From NCBI GenBank assembly GCA_010093605.1, contig MU004189.1, positions 503,834 to 567,833 of the forward strand: 64,000 nt of DNA. Reading direction: 5' to 3'. Below, piece by piece: positions 1-13,256 of this stretch. The notes under the pieces were generated by a model, which was not told where the DNA came from, ran no database searches, and saw nothing but the letters and a program-made list of their open reading frames with translations. Within the stretch, counting starts at the first letter, position 1. Every line of letters begins with the position of its first letter. A program made the position numbers and the translations under genes. This stretch comes from Lophium mytilinum. Its lineage: Eukaryota.

Positions 1-38
1 TCATGGGGAACTGGACTAGTCTGATATCTTGTGAACAG

Positions 39-999
39 GGCTATCTCTCCTTCTGGAACGACAACATATCGTATGCGCTGCGAGGATGTATCGTCATCGA
101 ACTGGCGTTCAGGGGGCGTGTGAGCATGCAAAAGGATTCCTCGCGGCGGCGCTTTCCCCTGGCAGACCGTGTCATTGAGGTCGTCGATGATACTCTGACC
201 GGCGAGGTTTTGCTTGACGAAGCACTCAAGATGATGAAGTCGAGCGAGAAGATGAGCGTCAACTCGTGGATTGATCTTATGAGCGGTAAGAATTGGAGGG
301 ACATCCTGCCCATGTTATACTCTGAACTAATTGTACTTCTTTATAGGCGAGACCTGGAATTTGATGAAGATTGGCTATCAGCTAAAGCAAGTCCGCGAAC
401 GACTCGCTAAGGGTCTCGTGGACAAGGGCATCCTCCGCACCGAGAAGAAGAACTTTCTCTTATTCGACATGGCAACACATCCTGTAGCAGACGGTGGAGC
501 GAAGGACGAGATAAGGCGTAGGGTGCGGAACGTCCTCACAAGTCGGACCGTCGTGCTCCCGGCAAGCCAGTTCCTCCCTGAAGAAATGGAGTTTCGATAC
601 CTGCGAACGATTGCTATGGTCTGCGCGGCGTATGCGGCGAATGTCCTCGAAAACGCTCTCTCAACACTCGGACATGAGGCACGAGAACGAGCCTTTGCCC
701 AGGTTGACGAACTTCTCGCTGAATACTCCCAATGGCCTTTTGGCAAGCGAGCTGGAGGGTCTGCGGGAGTGGGCGCAAACTTGGGCCAGGTCATCACTGA
801 CGAGATCAACGCCGGCAAGGATAAGGAGCTGCAGCTTGAGGTAAGTGGACTTTGCCTACAATGCCGAAATCATATATCTGTGCATGCGGAGCGATGACGA
901 GGCATTGTAGCCCTGATACTTTGAGCTTAGTACTAACATAGTTTACAGGTCGTGGCTGCGTGCTTGAGCGTGTTTACAAGGCTTGACTCTTTGCTCTGA
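39..999 (+). CDS. VPS74: Golgi phosphoprotein 3 / Vps74 (GPP34 family), 5'-truncated by the window
   Basis: Exons 39-285, 347-840 and 949-999 joined by GT-AG introns. Motifs [62 protein letters not shown]-terminus [16 protein letters not shown]. Confidence 0.93.
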
Positions 1000-2561
1000 G
1001 AGTTTGTTAAGACGTTTCAACTAATTCGTCGAGAGTAGTCGCCTTACACGTGTGCCCGATGACCCTTTGTTGTAGCAAAGATCTCTTGGAAGGACGCACG
1101 ATTCCTAGGGATTTCTACAAAGCTATTTGGGAGATCAGGGGCATACACGGGTTACTGGGGTATTGGGCTCGGTATTCGCGGTTCGAAGTTTCGGTTTTGG
1201 CAGAGTGCAGCAGTGCCTTGGGGGTGTTTGTGTACGGCGTCCGCACGGCTTCAAGCACTGTATTAGCACCACTTCTCGTTTTCTCCGTCTTTGTGAGCGG
1301 CTTTCCTCATTTTCCTCGGGCTAGGGATAAAATGGAGAACTGAGCTGCAATTGCTACACCACTCATGTTGTCTTGCTGCTGGATGCGTGTGCTTGTTATT
1401 TTATGTCGCATTGCGGCTGGGTGCATCTGCTTGCTCTCCTTGTCTTCGCTTTGCTACTACTACTTATGCTATGCTCCATATCTTCGCCTTGCTGCTAAGA
1501 CCTACGCTATGCTTCATGTCCTTGCCTTGCTGCTCAGACCTATGCTATACTGTCCATGTTTCTCAGGGTTCGTTGAACAATGTGGCAGTCAACAGCTCTT
1601 TATTATATCCTAAAACCTCCGATACTTCGATACACGCCTACTCCAAGATCATGTACCCTTGCCTAGCACTGCTTGAGGCTTCTGATACGATATCAAAAAA
1701 CTTGGAAACGACGGTTGTGCAGATCTGGTAGCTCTCTGGGCCACTTCAGACGGATTCAAATTGGAACGCTGTTTTTTATCCAGCAAAGCCTGGCTCTTCA
1801 CTCCATATCTGCTGCCGTCATGTCCACCTCATCAGTCGATGCTGACTAATTCGTCACGTGCCGTGAGAGACTCATCCATCTGCAGTGCTCCTCTTCGGCC
1901 TCACTTCAACCCAATAACACGCGGCGCACTGAGCCCTCGTCCCCCCCAGCTGAAACACAGCGCCGCGACTCGCTGGCCCGCCTTGGTCGTTGCCGTCGTC
2001 GCTGCAGGGGCGTCTACTAGAACTAAGCCACGTCAGGTCGGCAAAGGCGGCGGACAAGCGCCTTGCTCCCATCCTCAGTAACACGCACGCTTCCACGAAT
2101 TGGCATTCCGAGCTTACCCTCCGCCGCGCCTAAAACACCCAGGGGAGGACAGAGCAGCCTTCATTCCGGTCCCTCTCCGCCTCTCCGCCCTGTGTGTCCG
2201 CCCGAGTCCTGCGCGCTGCTGCCCCGTGATCGGCAAGTCTTCCCTCAGCGAACCAGGAGCGCCTGGAATTGTCGACGCGCACTCTCATCATCTGGTACGT
2301 GTGTCCCGCCTTGTGCCATCGCACCGTGGCTCCTCCATCAGCCTGCAAGTGATGCGGCGCCGATGGCCCCTGTGAAGCCCGCGGCCCTGCGCTGCGCTGC
2401 TTGTTGTTGTCTGGCAATGGCGACGCGACCGCTCCTTTGCGCCCGAACCTGATGAACTTGACCCTGACACTGACCTCTCCAGACCATTCATGTATCCGCC
2501 CTGTCTCGGCAGACCTTCGCTCAGGGCGCGCCTGTAATCTCGTCCGCTCTCCGCTGCCAGA

Positions 2562-5154
2562 ATGCCCTCTCCCTCCTCTTCCTCGGCCCTCTCAGACTCT
2601 GCGCAAAATGTGTCGTCGCCGGTGGGCGCGTCCGCAAGCCATAATGGCACCAGCGACGGTGCCGTGCAACAGCCACATGGCCCATCCAATAGTGACGCGA
2701 CAGCGGACGGACACGACGTGATACGAGAGGGGAAGGAGAAAGCCAAGGCCGTGATGGCTGCGTCGGGGGTCAACATCGAATCCGACACAGCCCGCCCAGC
2801 ACTTCCATCCCACGGCGATACCTCGCCTGCCACCACTGGCACTGTCAATGGCACAACCTCCCCGAGTCGGAAACGGTCGCGGTCGGGCTCGCGACTCCCA
2901 TCTCAGCCCGCTGCTCAGGAGTCTTCGCAACCAGGGATCCCCGAGTTTCTGTTGAACGACTACATCACACGCGATATGCTCCATGCCGACGCTATGAACG
3001 ACCAGTCCGAGCGGAACAGAATAATCATCGCGGAGAAGCTGCGCGAAGCCGACTACTACAAGGGTCTCCTACAAATACGGTCGCGCGATCCTGGCTCGGT
3101 TTACGGATATGGCTACATGGGATACGGCAACGGCATCACAGAGATGAAGCCATCGCGGCTGGAATACCCGGCATCAAGGAAAAGGCCAGGGAATAGACGA
3201 TCAAAAACTTTACACATTTCTAGGAAAGACGGCGCGACACAAGCCGACCAGCTAGAAGAACTAGTTCCCGTCCGGCTGGATATTGAATTCGACAAAATAA
3301 AACTGAGAGACACTTTTACCTGGAATCTGCATGATCGCGTAACGCCTCCTGAGGTCTTCGCCGAAAACCTCGTCGAGGATTTCCGCCTACCACCAGAAAC
3401 CAGGAGTCTCTTGACGCAGCAGATAAATCGCGAAATGGCAGAGCAGATACAAGACTTCTACCCCCACGTTTTCATCGACGAGGAACCACTCGATCCACAC
3501 CAACCCTACATGGCGTACAAGAATGACGAAATGCGGATTTTGATCAAGCTCAATATTACCATTGGTCAGCATACGCTAATGGATCAATTCGAATGGGAGA
3601 TTAACAACCCACTGAATTCGCCGGAGGAGTTCGCCAGACAAATGGCTCGCGATCTTTCACTATCAGGAGAGTTCACAACAGCAATAGGACACTCGATCCG
3701 GGAGCAGACCCAAATGTTCACGAAGAGTCTCTACATCACCGGACATCCATTTGATGGACGTCCCATTGAAGACGCGGATGTGCGGGAGGGCTTCTTGCCT
3801 TCTCCGCTTCCGTCTGTTTTCCGTCCAATGCAATCCGCCAAAGATTACACGCCCTATCTCTACGAATTGAACGAGGCAGAATTAGAACGGGCGGAGCTGT
3901 CAATCCTGAGAGAGCAGCGGCGACAGAAGAGGTCGGTGAACCGCCGCGGAGGACCTGCATTACCGGACCTAAAGGATCGCCAACGAACAGTGCGCACACT
4001 AGTGGTGTCGTCTGTCATCCCCGGAGCTGCGGAGTCAGTTGAAACCAGCCGTGTCTTCAAGTTGTCCAGATCTGCGTCTGGTCGCCGCGGCCGTACTACT
4101 GGACGAACCGATGGAGGGGATGATTCGGACGAGTCAGATAGTGAGGATTCGGCGCCTGAGTCTCCTGCGCCATCCCAGATTATGGGTGGCACTGCGCGGA
4201 CAAGAGGGATACGAGGAGCAGCAACTGCTGCTCAAGCTGCCATGCGGGCGAACCTGGGCAGATCTGCAACTCCAGAGATTGCGTCTTTGCAACACCACCA
4301 CGAGACCAGAACTTCTGCCCGTCGATTCGGGGCCTACGAAACAAGAGAAGAGAGCGTTGTCGACCCCACTACCCTTATAGTGAAGCTTCGGATTGCTCCC
4401 AAGAAGTTATCACAATGGTTGCAGGGCCAAAAGTCAAAGCAAAGCGGCGAGTACTCGTCGCAGCGAAACCTATCGACGCCTCTAATGGCATCACAGACCG
4501 CAACGCCACAGCGTAGTACTCCCACAGTAACCTCTATGCCACCTCCTCCGTCGCCTGCACTCCCACAACGCTCCACTCCAACCGCAGCTTCGAATGTTGA
4601 AGCTTCTCCTAGCAAGTCTTCAACCCCTACACCATCCGGTGGCAACACCCAATGGCATTACCTCCCTGACGGCCGTACTGATGCACCATACCCCCTGCCG
4701 GCCGGCGCCCCTATGGTGAGTACTCTTGAAAACTCGTTCCACGTCAAAGAAGGGCCGTGCATCCATCAAGGACGTCAGACCTCATTCAGGTATTATATCG
4801 CGCGTGCTGACCTATCTTTTTTAGCCTCCACCTCCAGAATGGTTGAGCAATGCTTTACAAAAGCTGCGTAACGACTACCCAGTCGATGACTTCGAGTCGG
4901 TCATGCGGTACATTATCGTTAATCAGGACAGCGGGTCAGCCTTCAAAACTGACAACCTTCCGCTTGGAGCCCCACTTCCATCCAACGTCAAAGCCCAGTA
5001 TTGCCCAAGGATTCGGTGTAACGATTGCCCTGGAAAGCTATATACCGCGGGTCCAGGAATGACCGTGGAAAACTTCGAGGTTCATCTTCGAAACAAACAG
5101 CACAAACTTGCGATTGAGAAACGGACAGGAAAGCGAAGCGCGTCGCAGGGATAA
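2562..5154 (+). CDS. SNF5: SWI/SNF chromatin-remodelling subunit Snf5
   Basis: Two SNF5 repeats ([45 protein letters not shown]). Intron 4716-4824 joins in frame to a last exon with a CxDC...HxxxxxH zinc-finger-like tail. Confidence 0.9.
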
Positions 5155-5760
5155 GGACTACGCTGGGAATGAGGAGGAGATGCTTAGGAGTTGGTTCATT
5201 GGACGAATATTATGGATAGCTTTTGAAATGGGTTTGGTGCACTGTATACATATCTCACAGCCGGGTCCTTCGACAAGCGAAGGAAGGCACACTAGCTTCA
5301 AAACGGAGTTTTGCGAGCTAGATGCGTTGCTTGAATGCGAGGTTCAATCTCGACCTCAAGAGCTTCTAGCTAGTTACTGGCAGGCGTTGATTTCGAGCCA
5401 GTTGGAATGGAAAGGCTGCTATTTGGGGACCGTGCAATTGGGTCAAGATGTAGACGGCTTGTCAGCCAGCTTCTTCATCAATTGACATTGTTTATAATCC
5501 TGCGAACATCTATTTCTTCTCGCTGTTTTCCCGGCTATTGAACGACCCACATACCCCGCCTTCTACGAGCACCTGTGAGACGTCATGAAGCCACCACATC
5601 GCTGTATACATTCCTGCAGGTGAGTTGGCATCAAAAAGCTTCCAGCAAACAATTTCTTGATCCTACGACTACATCCCAAATTCCAACTTCTCCTCTCTCA
5701 ACCATCGCAAACAGCCCTCTCCAACCCCCATCAATCCAACCCAAACCCCACAAAAAAGAC

Positions 5761-6675
5761 ATGAAAAGCTCTCCCAACCTCCCCATCCGCGTCCTCACGC
5801 ACAACATCCGCTACGCCACGACCGCCCCCTTCCCCGGCGAAGCCCTCTGGCCCATCCGCCTGCCCCGCCTCCTCGCCGAGCTGCGCTACACCACCCTCTA
5901 CAACCCTGAAGCCTTCATCTGCCTGCAGGAAGTCCTGCACCCCCAGCTCCACGACATCCTAAACCACCTCAACGCCGATGTCAATCCCACCCCTAATCCC
6001 GCCTCCTCGTCATCATCCCCTCAAATCCCATCCTCCCCCCCACAGTCCCAGGAATGGGCCCACATCGGCGTCGCCCGCGACGACGGCCACCACGCCGGCG
6101 AATACGCGCCCATCCTCTACCGCCCGGCCGTGTGGGCGCTGCAGGACTTCCGCACCGTGTGGCTGTCGCCGACGCCGGGGGTGCCGTCGAAGGGGTGGGA
6201 CGCGGCGAGTGTCCGGCTGCTGACGATCGGGGTGTTCAAGCACCGCGCGAGTAAGCGGCGGGTGGTGGCTATGAACACGCATCTGGATGACCAGGGCGCG
6301 GTGTCACGTTTTGAGAGCGCGAAGATGATTGTTGCGGAGATTGTGGCAGAGCAGGAAAAGGGGGAAGGGGAGGTGCCGGTGTTCCTGGCGGGCGATCTGA
6401 ATAGCGAGCCGAGCCAGGAGGCGTATGAGGTGCTGAATGCCGGGGGGAGTCCGGTGAGGGATGCGAAAGGGGAGGTGGGGGGGAGGGGGTATGGGCATGA
6501 GATGACGTTTACGGGGTTTGAGCCAAAGGGGGAGAGGGCGAAGAGGATTGATTTTTTGTTTGTGGGGAGGGGGGTGGCGGTGAGGGGGTTGGCGGTTCTG
6601 GAGAGTCGGTTTGAGGATGGGGTGTTTGTGAGTGATCATCGGGCGGTTGTAGGGGATTTTGTGGTCGAGGGGTAG
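5761..6675 (+). CDS. Endonuclease/exonuclease/phosphatase (EEP) family protein
   Basis: Intronless ORF from ATG 5761 with THNIRY, CLQEV, NTHLD, GDLNS, RIDFLF and SDH motifs. Confidence 0.88.
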   Translation: MKSSPNLPIRVLTHNIRYATTAPFPGEALWPIRLPRLLAELRYTTLYNPEAFICLQEVLHPQLHDILNHLNADVNPTPNPASSSSSPQIPSSPPQSQEWAHIGVARDDGHHAGEYAPILYRPAVWALQDFRTVWLSPTPGVPSKGWDAASVRLLTIGVFKHRASKRRVVAMNTHLDDQGAVSRFESAKMIVAEIVAEQEKGEGEVPVFLAGDLNSEPSQEAYEVLNAGGSPVRDAKGEVGGRGYGHEMTFTGFEPKGERAKRIDFLFVGRGVAVRGLAVLESRFEDGVFVSDHRAVVGDFVVEG

Positions 6676-6729
6676 GAGGTTGAGGGGGGCCTTGGGATGC
6701 GGAGAGGGTGGTCAAAGAGGCTATAGGAT

Positions 6730-8420
6730 GGAGATGGGTATAGTACTACTTGGGCTCTCGTCTTGCGCTTCTGATACCGCTGTGAGGAGAACCCTGGGGG
6801 AGGGATGAGGGGGGGGTTCAAAAGGTGGGCTGGTTTAGGGGGTTGAGAACGTTACATTCCAAGGGTGCTATAAATGTAATGTGCTGGAGGATAATAAGAT
6901 ATTCAAGACCTGCTCAACCGCATGGTATTAGGCGTATGATTTAAGGAGGTGCAGTAAGAGGGAGATGGGAATAGTACTATTTGGGCTCTCGTTTTACGCT
7001 TCTGATACCGCTGTGAGGAGGACCCTGCGCAAGAGATGAGTGGGGGGTTAAAAGGTGGGCTGGTTTAGTGGGTTGAGAATGTTACATTCCAAGGGTGCTA
7101 TTAATGCAATGTTCTGGAGGACAATAAGATATTTTTGAACTGCTCAAACGCATGGTAGTAGGCGTGTGATCTAGGCGGTGCGGTAAGATGATTGCAAAAG
7201 ACGTGTGAGGTAATGACTGTCTGATAGATGAGGTCAAGAACGTTACATCATGATCATTTTGCAAATGGTACCTCCTGGAGGGTTGAGGATGCTTGGAACA
7301 TGGTCAAAATGGTTGTATGATGTGGCTGGTTCTGTTGGTGGTGAGATATGGTGGTCGAAATGGAGAAAACAGACCTGGTGCCGTTTTAGGACGTCAAGCA
7401 CTTAACATACTGTTTTATCTTGGAGCTATAGGTGCTGTAGCCCTCAAGACGTTAAGGACGTGTCCAGTACTAGTAGGGACAGCGGCTGATATAGGTTGTA
7501 GCGTAAAAGTGTGCCAACATTGCGTTTAAAATTCCGTGGTCTGATATCGAACGTCAAGAACGTTACATTAGGCGTCGTCCTCGGCCTATAGGTCCTGGAG
7601 CCCATCAAGACGTCAAGGACGTGTCAAGACCAGTAGGCAGAGCGGCTGATATAGGTTGTAACGCAAAAGTGTACCGCTATTAAGGTTAAAATTCCGTGGC
7701 CTGATATTGGACGTGAGGAACGTTACATTAGGCTTCGTCCTCGAGCTATACGTGCTGGAGCGTAATAAGATGTTTAGTCTGTCTTCAAAAGTAACACGGA
7801 AGGCCGCTGATTTGAGGAGTAACGCAAAACAGCGTTGAAAAAAGAACTGAAAGTTCGAGGCCTGTCTTAGCCTCCCGAAGCCTTTACATCAAGCATAGAC
7901 TTATTTCATCACCTCTAGAGGTTCTCCAAGGTCTTTGGCATGCATTCAGACCGGACCTATCACGCGTGTAATCTCGGAGGTGATGCAAAAGCGTGTTAGA
8001 AAGGACTGAAAAGTGCGTGTGTCCGATTCAGCTTGTTGAAATCTTTACATTCAAGTTTCAACCCTGGTAGTACGTTTAGAGGTTCGTCAAGGTCGTTAGC
8101 ATATATTCAGACTCGATCTACCATGCGTGCAATCTCGGAGGTCATGCAAAAGCGTGCTAGAAAGGATTGAAAAGTGCGTGTGTCCGATTCAGCTCGTTAA
8201 GATGTTTACATCCAAGTTTCAATGCACGTAGTACGTGTAGAGTATCTTCAATGTCTCAAACATGTGTTCAAAGGGAAGACGAAAGACAACTGATCTCATA
8301 TGTAGTGCAAAAGGGCATCTGAAATGAGCCCCAAAATAAACAACTAAATTCAGCTCCTCGAAACCTTAACATGGCAACCGCACCTTCCAACATACATACA
8401 TGATGTCCTTTGAGGCACTA
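6730..8420. repeat. Degenerate tandem array: a ~231-bp duplication followed by ~9 units of 160-162 bp
   Basis: TTACAT/TAACAT anchor recurs near 6852, 7082, 7243, 7403, 7563, 7723, 7884, 8045, 8206 and 8367. AGCGGCTGATATAGGTTGTA occurs at 7481 and 7641. 7970-8050 is nearly identical to 8131-8211. 6741-6960 resembles 6972-7190. Confidence 0.9.
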
Positions 8421-8655
8421 AGCACGTATTCAAACACACGGACAAGTTGGTCTACTTTTGATTCTCTATTACTAGTACAGTGCAGTATCATCCAGTTTCT
8501 GCTACTGGAAAACTTCGGTGTGAAAAACACCAATTTCACACCCCAAATCGCCACCTTGGGCGCCATGCCCCCAGAATTGGGCCAATAGTTCATTCAAAAA
8601 GCAGCTAACTATGCTATGTTGAATCCATTCGCTATGCTATACAATAAGGAAAACT

Positions 8656-11600
8656 CTAAGAAGAACCCGCGCCATTCAGCTTGCGCGCGATCAGCTCCTG
8701 CAACTTCACCAGGAGCTCGCGCTCGGAAGCGCCGGCAGCCTGGTTACTAATAAGATCAATCACATCGGAAGGAGCCTCGGCCTAGTTGGAGATTCTGTTA
8801 GTATTGACAACATGCTGAAGACGAGGGCAGACTTACGATCAGATTGGCAACAAGAGACTCGACGTTCTCGCCAGTTAAACCAACATCAGTCTCTTTTTGT
8901 GCGAACTGGGCCAGGTTGATAGCGACTTGCTGCTCTACGATGGGTCGGGAGGAAATGCTGGTTAAGGCACCATTGGCGGTGATGGGGGCTTTTCCCTTGG
9001 CGCGCGCAAGGTTCTTGGAGGCAAGCATCGCCTTGTGGGCCTGCTCGTTCATGCGTCGGCGCTTGACGGAGCCAATGAAGTCGGCGATGATGACTTGTTT
9101 CGGGATTCTCTTGAGGACAGCGTCCTCTGGCCTGGGTTCCTTGTCGTCGTAGACCCAATCTTCTTCATCTTCCGATTCGTCTTCGTTGCTCATAACTTCG
9201 ATGATACCGTTGTTGCGGAGGCCACGTGGCAAGGCAACGTCTTGCGGAATCAACACCTTGGGGCGTCGAATACGGTGTCGCAGGACGATGTCTTCAGAGT
9301 CGAGGTCCGGGCTAGCCGCTCGCTTGCGCTTGAGAGTGCCGTTGTAGGTCGGCGTGCTCATCTCTGCAACACTCTTGAGGTCGTGATCTACGTGGAGCGG
9401 GCATTTCCAGGCGCGGCGGGTCATGCCTGATGCCGGGAACAACATGGGATTCATGGCAGCCGGTGGATCGAGGCAGTCCAAGTGCCACCACTTGTCGCAG
9501 AAATCGCACTTGATGATCTCGCGCTTGCCGGTTGACGACTGTGAGCATCCATGGCACAGGACGGCCTTGGAGTGCTCGATCAACTTGTACGTATCCGGTT
9601 TGGCATAGAAGCCCTTCTCTTTTGCGCTATTGCAGGTCAATGTCATGCTCAAAAAGCGCGTGGGGAAAACTTACAGTGCAATCTCACGTGCCGGCTGTTC
9701 TTCGTAACCACCCTCTGCGTTCGTCTTCACGCCCACAAAGTAATTGCGAACGTCGTCAGGTAATCCGAACCATTTCGAACCAGTTTCGGGAGCGGGTAAA
9801 GCGGACTCGAGCGCAGCTACCCATCGGTTCTTGGTTGGAGCCGATCGTGAGGCCTCTGCTGCGGCCAAAAGTCGTCGGCATTTGTGGCACACGAAATCAT
9901 CTGGTGCTTCTGCGCCTTCGGGAATGGGAGGCTCGGCGCAGGCAAAGTGATACCAATCCTCGCAATGGTCGCAGCCGATGATGAGGCCGCCGAGGCCACA
10001 TGAAGCGCAAACATCTTCGTCATTGACCGAAGCCTGGAAAACAATTAGTGGGACTGACAAACACTTTCGAGTGGGTGGAGATGAAAAGAGTGAGTCTGCA
10101 GGGCTCGTTCGAAGAATCATGATGGACAAAGGGGATGTGGTGGAGGAAGGATGAAAGCGAGGGAAGGACGAAAAACGTGTTGGGGTATTGGCCAAGTGGG
10201 TGCCACTCACATCGCTGTCATCCGCCCCGACCTGCGCACTCGATCCGCCAATCGCACGCGAACTGCTTGCGACAACTGCCTTCGCCTTGACGGGCCTGTA
10301 GTGTATGAAATGCATTAGCGAACTGCTCTGATTATGTTTTCGAGAATTTGGAGGCATAGGCGGGCAACGACGCTGCCAAGCGGGGAAGAAGGGTGGCAAA
10401 AGCCCGACGGTGAGACATAACGCGAAACTTCTGAACGAAAGGAAGGGAGGCTGAATAGAAGGAATGCTTACGAGAACTTGGTCTTTGCAGGGCCATTGTT
10501 GGTCTTGCGGCGCTTGGTCGCGTGTCCAGCGGCCGGAGTCGTAGGTCTCGTAACTGGCCTCGATGCGACAGCCGATCCAGCTCCTCCCGGTGAGGCAGCG
10601 TCTAGGAACGCGAAGTCCGGCGTGCCATGTGCGGGCGAGTTCAGGGTAGAGAAGGCGTGGTCGGCGTACGCGCCATTCTGCTGAGGCGTCGTAGCAATGG
10701 GAGCGGGCTGTGGGCCTTGCGAGTTGCCATTGCGTGACCGGCCGGAGCGTCGGGGAGGTGGTGGAGCTGCTGCTGATGATGATGCGGCTAATGGCTGTAG
10801 AACCTGGTTAAATTCTGTTAATACTCCGTTTGGAAAGTTGAGCGCGTCGTGTTGTGATCGAATAGCAGAAAACTCAGGATTGAAATCAGGGAATGTGCGG
10901 GCCATTTTCGATTTCTTTACCTGAATCTCGCGCTCTGCATCGTCGATACCAGCCTCATCCGCACTGCGCTTTCCGGTCATCGGTGCCGGTGTAGCAGTAG
11001 AGGACTTCGGTTTCTTCCCCTTGGGGTTGTTCTTGAGGATCAGCTTCTGCTTTGGGGCCTTCGGTGGAACGGCCACGTCCTCTTCCTTGACGGAGACGGC
11101 CTCTGGTGGCTCGCTCATGATTATGTCTTCGTTGACATCGCTGAGCTCGGAATCTGTCGCGTCAAGAGTGGCTTTTGCCTGTGCCTTGGGCGCTTTGCCT
11201 TTGCCCTTGGGCGATTTGGGTGTTTTCGGTGCTTTCGGTGCTTTCGCGGCGGGCTGCTTGGTTGCGGCGGGCGGCGGAGCAGCATCCTGCAGTGGAGCAG
11301 CGGCTTTGGCTTGTCTGCGTGTCGAGACCATTTCGGTGGACTTGGTAGTGCCGTTGACGGGGGTGAACTGGGCGGGTGGTGTTGTTGATCGAGGTGACGG
11401 AGCGAAAATGATGTTGTTGTTGTGGCTGGGAGAATGATTGGGAGAGAGGTGAGGAACGTTGGAGAGAGGATTATGTCCAGAGGTCGCTGCCAAATTCAGC
11501 TGCGCTGCTATTGTGTTTATTGAAGGCGTGGTGGAGCCAGCAACTATTGTTGTGATTGTGTCGGCGGGCCGGGCGGATGTCAGTGAAGAATTCCGTGTCT

Positions 11601-12468
11601 TGGCGTGCGAGACTGGAGAGTTTTGCAGAGAAGCCGTCAGCGTCCTCGCCCGCCGTTCCAAAGTCTTTGAGACCTTCTTCGCCTTCTTGATGTAATCGTG
11701 AAAATCAATGTGCTCCTGCGGCGTCGCTCGTTCATTCAGGATGGCATCCAGTAGCCGCGCGTAGGCCTGATTGTGGCAACTCTCGTCATATAAGCGGCGG
11801 ACTGCGTCGCCCACGAAGGGTCGGCCATCGTCCTTGGCTTTCTTCATAGCGGCGTTAACGGCCTTCAGCATGATCTGGTTCTGAGCAGGAGTGCGCGTGG
11901 TGGGCGTGGCCGTGCTGGGAGCAAGGACGGCGTCGCGATGCGGCGTGCTAGCCTTGAAACCGTTCTTCATCGCCGCCTTGCCAGACCGCGATGCGCTTCG
12001 AGCGCCGTTCGGAATGTATTCGTCATCCTCGTCTTCATCTTGCGGTTCTATTGATAGAGGGAGGATCGCGTCCTCCTCGGGCTGCTCCGACTCTGCTCGC
12101 TCAGGCTCTGCGGCCGGCGTCATCTCAGGAGTTGAGAAAGCTTCTTCCGCCGCCGACAGATTCCCGTTCTTGCCTAGCAGGGAGGGCTTCTGCATCTCCT
12201 GAACTCCTCTTAGCTTCGCCTTCAGCTTGGCGGACGGTAGTTGGCCGAGGGGCGCCATGTTTTCGAGGACTCCGTGTCGTGCGAAGCCGTGGTCTTCGAA
12301 GCTGGCGGTGGGGTTTTTTGGCAGGGGCTCGACCCAGTTGTCCAAAGATGCTTGTGCCTTCTCTTTCTTGAATACTAGTCCAGGTGCGGGTGAGGAGTTG
12401 GAATTGCGAAAGGGACTCGAGGTGCGGCTCGATTTCCTGATTGCAGGTGGGCGGATGGAAGAAGGCAT
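8656..12468 (-). CDS. Tandem PHD-finger protein, Rco1/Cph1-like (Rpd3S-type subunit, inferred)
   Basis: Exons 12468-10472, 10295-10211, 10033-9675, 9626-8837 and 8781-8656 splice in frame. PHD1 CASC...CDHC...HFAC...CHKC; PHD2 CHGC...CDFC...HLDC...CPLH. Confidence 0.82.
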
Positions 12469-13256
12469 GGCGAGGCCTGCGCGCGGCGTTAGCTACTGGT
12501 GCATCTAGTGAGGAGCAGTGGAAGGGGGTTACCACGCGTTTCACCCTCAAAGCAATCGTGTGCGTGTATGTTGCGCGAAGTGTGGTCGCGTCTTGGGGTT
12601 GTGGTATGAACGTAGGAGAAGAGTAGGTTTCGGAGGAGACGAGGGTCCGCGGGAAAAATGCCCCCCCCTAACCTTGGTAGATACTCTGGAACCAGGACAA
12701 ACGACACAGTTACCAGCAAACGCAAATATAAACTAGTGTGCGTCGCGAGTGAGCCTGATCTTTCGAGAATACACCCAATCAAGTGGAAATTGATTCCTGT
12801 CCCGTCTGGTTCATTCAGATTGTAAGCAAACCCCCGCCCATTTCAGGAGGCGATGAATGTCTTTGACTTTTTTCCCGCAGCTAAAAATGACTCTAATGGA
12901 AGGATCGCAAGACGCAAGGCTAGATGTCAGGTAGGCGGCATTGCCACGAAAGCTCACGCAAATATGTATATGACCCCTGAAGGCTGAGCACTCCTCCCAC
13001 CCCACGCTCATATCACGACGTCTAGCACAGCAGATTGAGGTGTAGTCGTCTTGTCATTTGATGGCCTTTTAATGCTAGCTACTAGATATCCATGTTCCTT
13101 GCATGCTGTGCAAGCCTGTGTGAACATAGGATGACCATCCCGAGTCTTTGTCACTTACTCACACCCCTCTTTCATGGACAGAGCAGCCTCGTTCGAGCGG
13201 GTGGGATTGCTGACTTGGTACGAATGACGACCCTCGGCCCGCATATACAGAGCCAT

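Noticed and set aside
1050..2460. Short ORFs between VPS74 and SNF5, and other antisense or GC-rich promoter ORFs in the track
   Set aside because: They lie in low-complexity UTR or promoter sequence or shadow real genes, and have no recognisable motifs.
12790..13050. Possible plus-strand intron (GTAAGC 12822 to CAG 12880) of a hidden small gene
   Set aside because: No convincing ORF or codon bias accompanies it.
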